A stretch of DNA of 27,705 nt from Limisphaerales bacterium (GTDB lineage: Bacteria > Verrucomicrobiota > Verrucomicrobiia > Limisphaerales > JAJOIW01): NCBI GenBank assembly GCA_965657355.1, contig CBFHOE010000014.1, positions 4,312 to 32,016 on the forward strand, given 5' to 3'. Position numbers and translations under genes: made by a program. The notes below the pieces were generated by a model, which saw only the letters and a program-made list of their open reading frames with translations, was not told the DNA's origin and searched no databases. Shown here one piece after another: positions 27,233 to 27,705 of this stretch. Numbering within the stretch: position 1 is the stretch's first letter; each line of letters opens with the position of its first letter.

Positions 27233-27705
27233 ATGACTTTGACAGAAAAAATCCTGGCAAGAGCAGCTGGAAAATCGAATGTATCCGCAGGGGACAATGT
27301 TTGGGTAAAAACTGATACGCTGATGACCCATGATGTATGCGGTCCTGGAACAATAGGTGTTTTTAAAAGAGAATTTGGTGAAAATGCAAAAGTCTGGGAT
27401 CCGGAAAGAGTGGTCATTATTCCCGATCATTACATCTTTACTGCAGATTCTAAATCTAATCGAAACGTGGATACCCTGAGGGAATTCGTCAAAGAACAGG
27501 GAATTAAGTATTTCTATGACGTGATTGACGATGAGGAAGGGAGTTGGGTCTACGACGCTCAAAAAGGAAACTTAAAAAAACAATACGGATCAAAATATGC
27601 CGGAGTGTGCCACACCGCTCTTCCTCAAAAAGGTCATACCCGTCCTGGTGAAATCCTTTTCGGAACCGATTCTCATACGTGCATGGCTGGAGCATTCAAC
27701 CAATT
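27233..27705 (+). CDS. leuC: 3-isopropylmalate dehydratase large subunit / homoaconitase family (3'-truncated, not in the ORF track)
   Basis: Manual translation MTLTEKILARAAGK...LMTHDVCGPGTIG...VIIPDHYIF...GVCHTALPQKGHTRPGEILFGTDSHTCMAGAF shows aconitase-family DH and DSHTC motifs. Open to the window end. Confidence 0.88.
   Translation, partial: MTLTEKILARAAGKSNVSAGDNVWVKTDTLMTHDVCGPGTIGVFKREFGENAKVWDPERVVIIPDHYIFTADSKSNRNVDTLREFVKEQGIKYFYDVIDDEEGSWVYDAQKGNLKKQYGSKYAGVCHTALPQKGHTRPGEILFGTDSHTCMAGAFNQ

Noticed and set aside
1..27705. CRISPR array, tRNA/rRNA, IS element, integrase or prophage
   Set aside because: No spaced direct repeats, cloverleaf or rRNA signatures, or transposase, integrase or phage proteins were seen.

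Overview
A gene-dense, moderately AT-rich bacterial chromosomal segment. Gene content suggests PVC superphylum, most likely Verrucomicrobiota (inference): a DUF1592/DUF1588-DUF1552 pair, A(-1) prepilin motifs, IleRS with HIGT/KISKS, and a THDVCGPG-type LeuC. In order: 5'-truncated DUF1592-type heme-motif protein and Tat-signal DUF1552 partner; ileS and apaG (minus); rhomboid protease, purB and a Yip1-like membrane protein; a sugar ABC transporter (RbsB/A/C-like, permease with a ~120-aa periplasmic insertion) preceded by a KdgK-like kinase whose leader holds a perfect 20-bp palindrome; a membrane-anchored coiled-coil protein plus a 57-aa lipoprotein absent from the ORF track; parB without adjacent parA, def and a DMT transporter; mutS, aldose 1-epimerase and a xylose-dehydrogenase-like SDR; a pseudopilin cassette (PilV/PilW/PilX-like) whose large subunit has a C-terminal domain recalling cyanobacterial HpsA; and the 5' part of leuC. 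I saw no rRNA, tRNA, CRISPR array or mobile element. All family calls come from motif recognition, not database searches.
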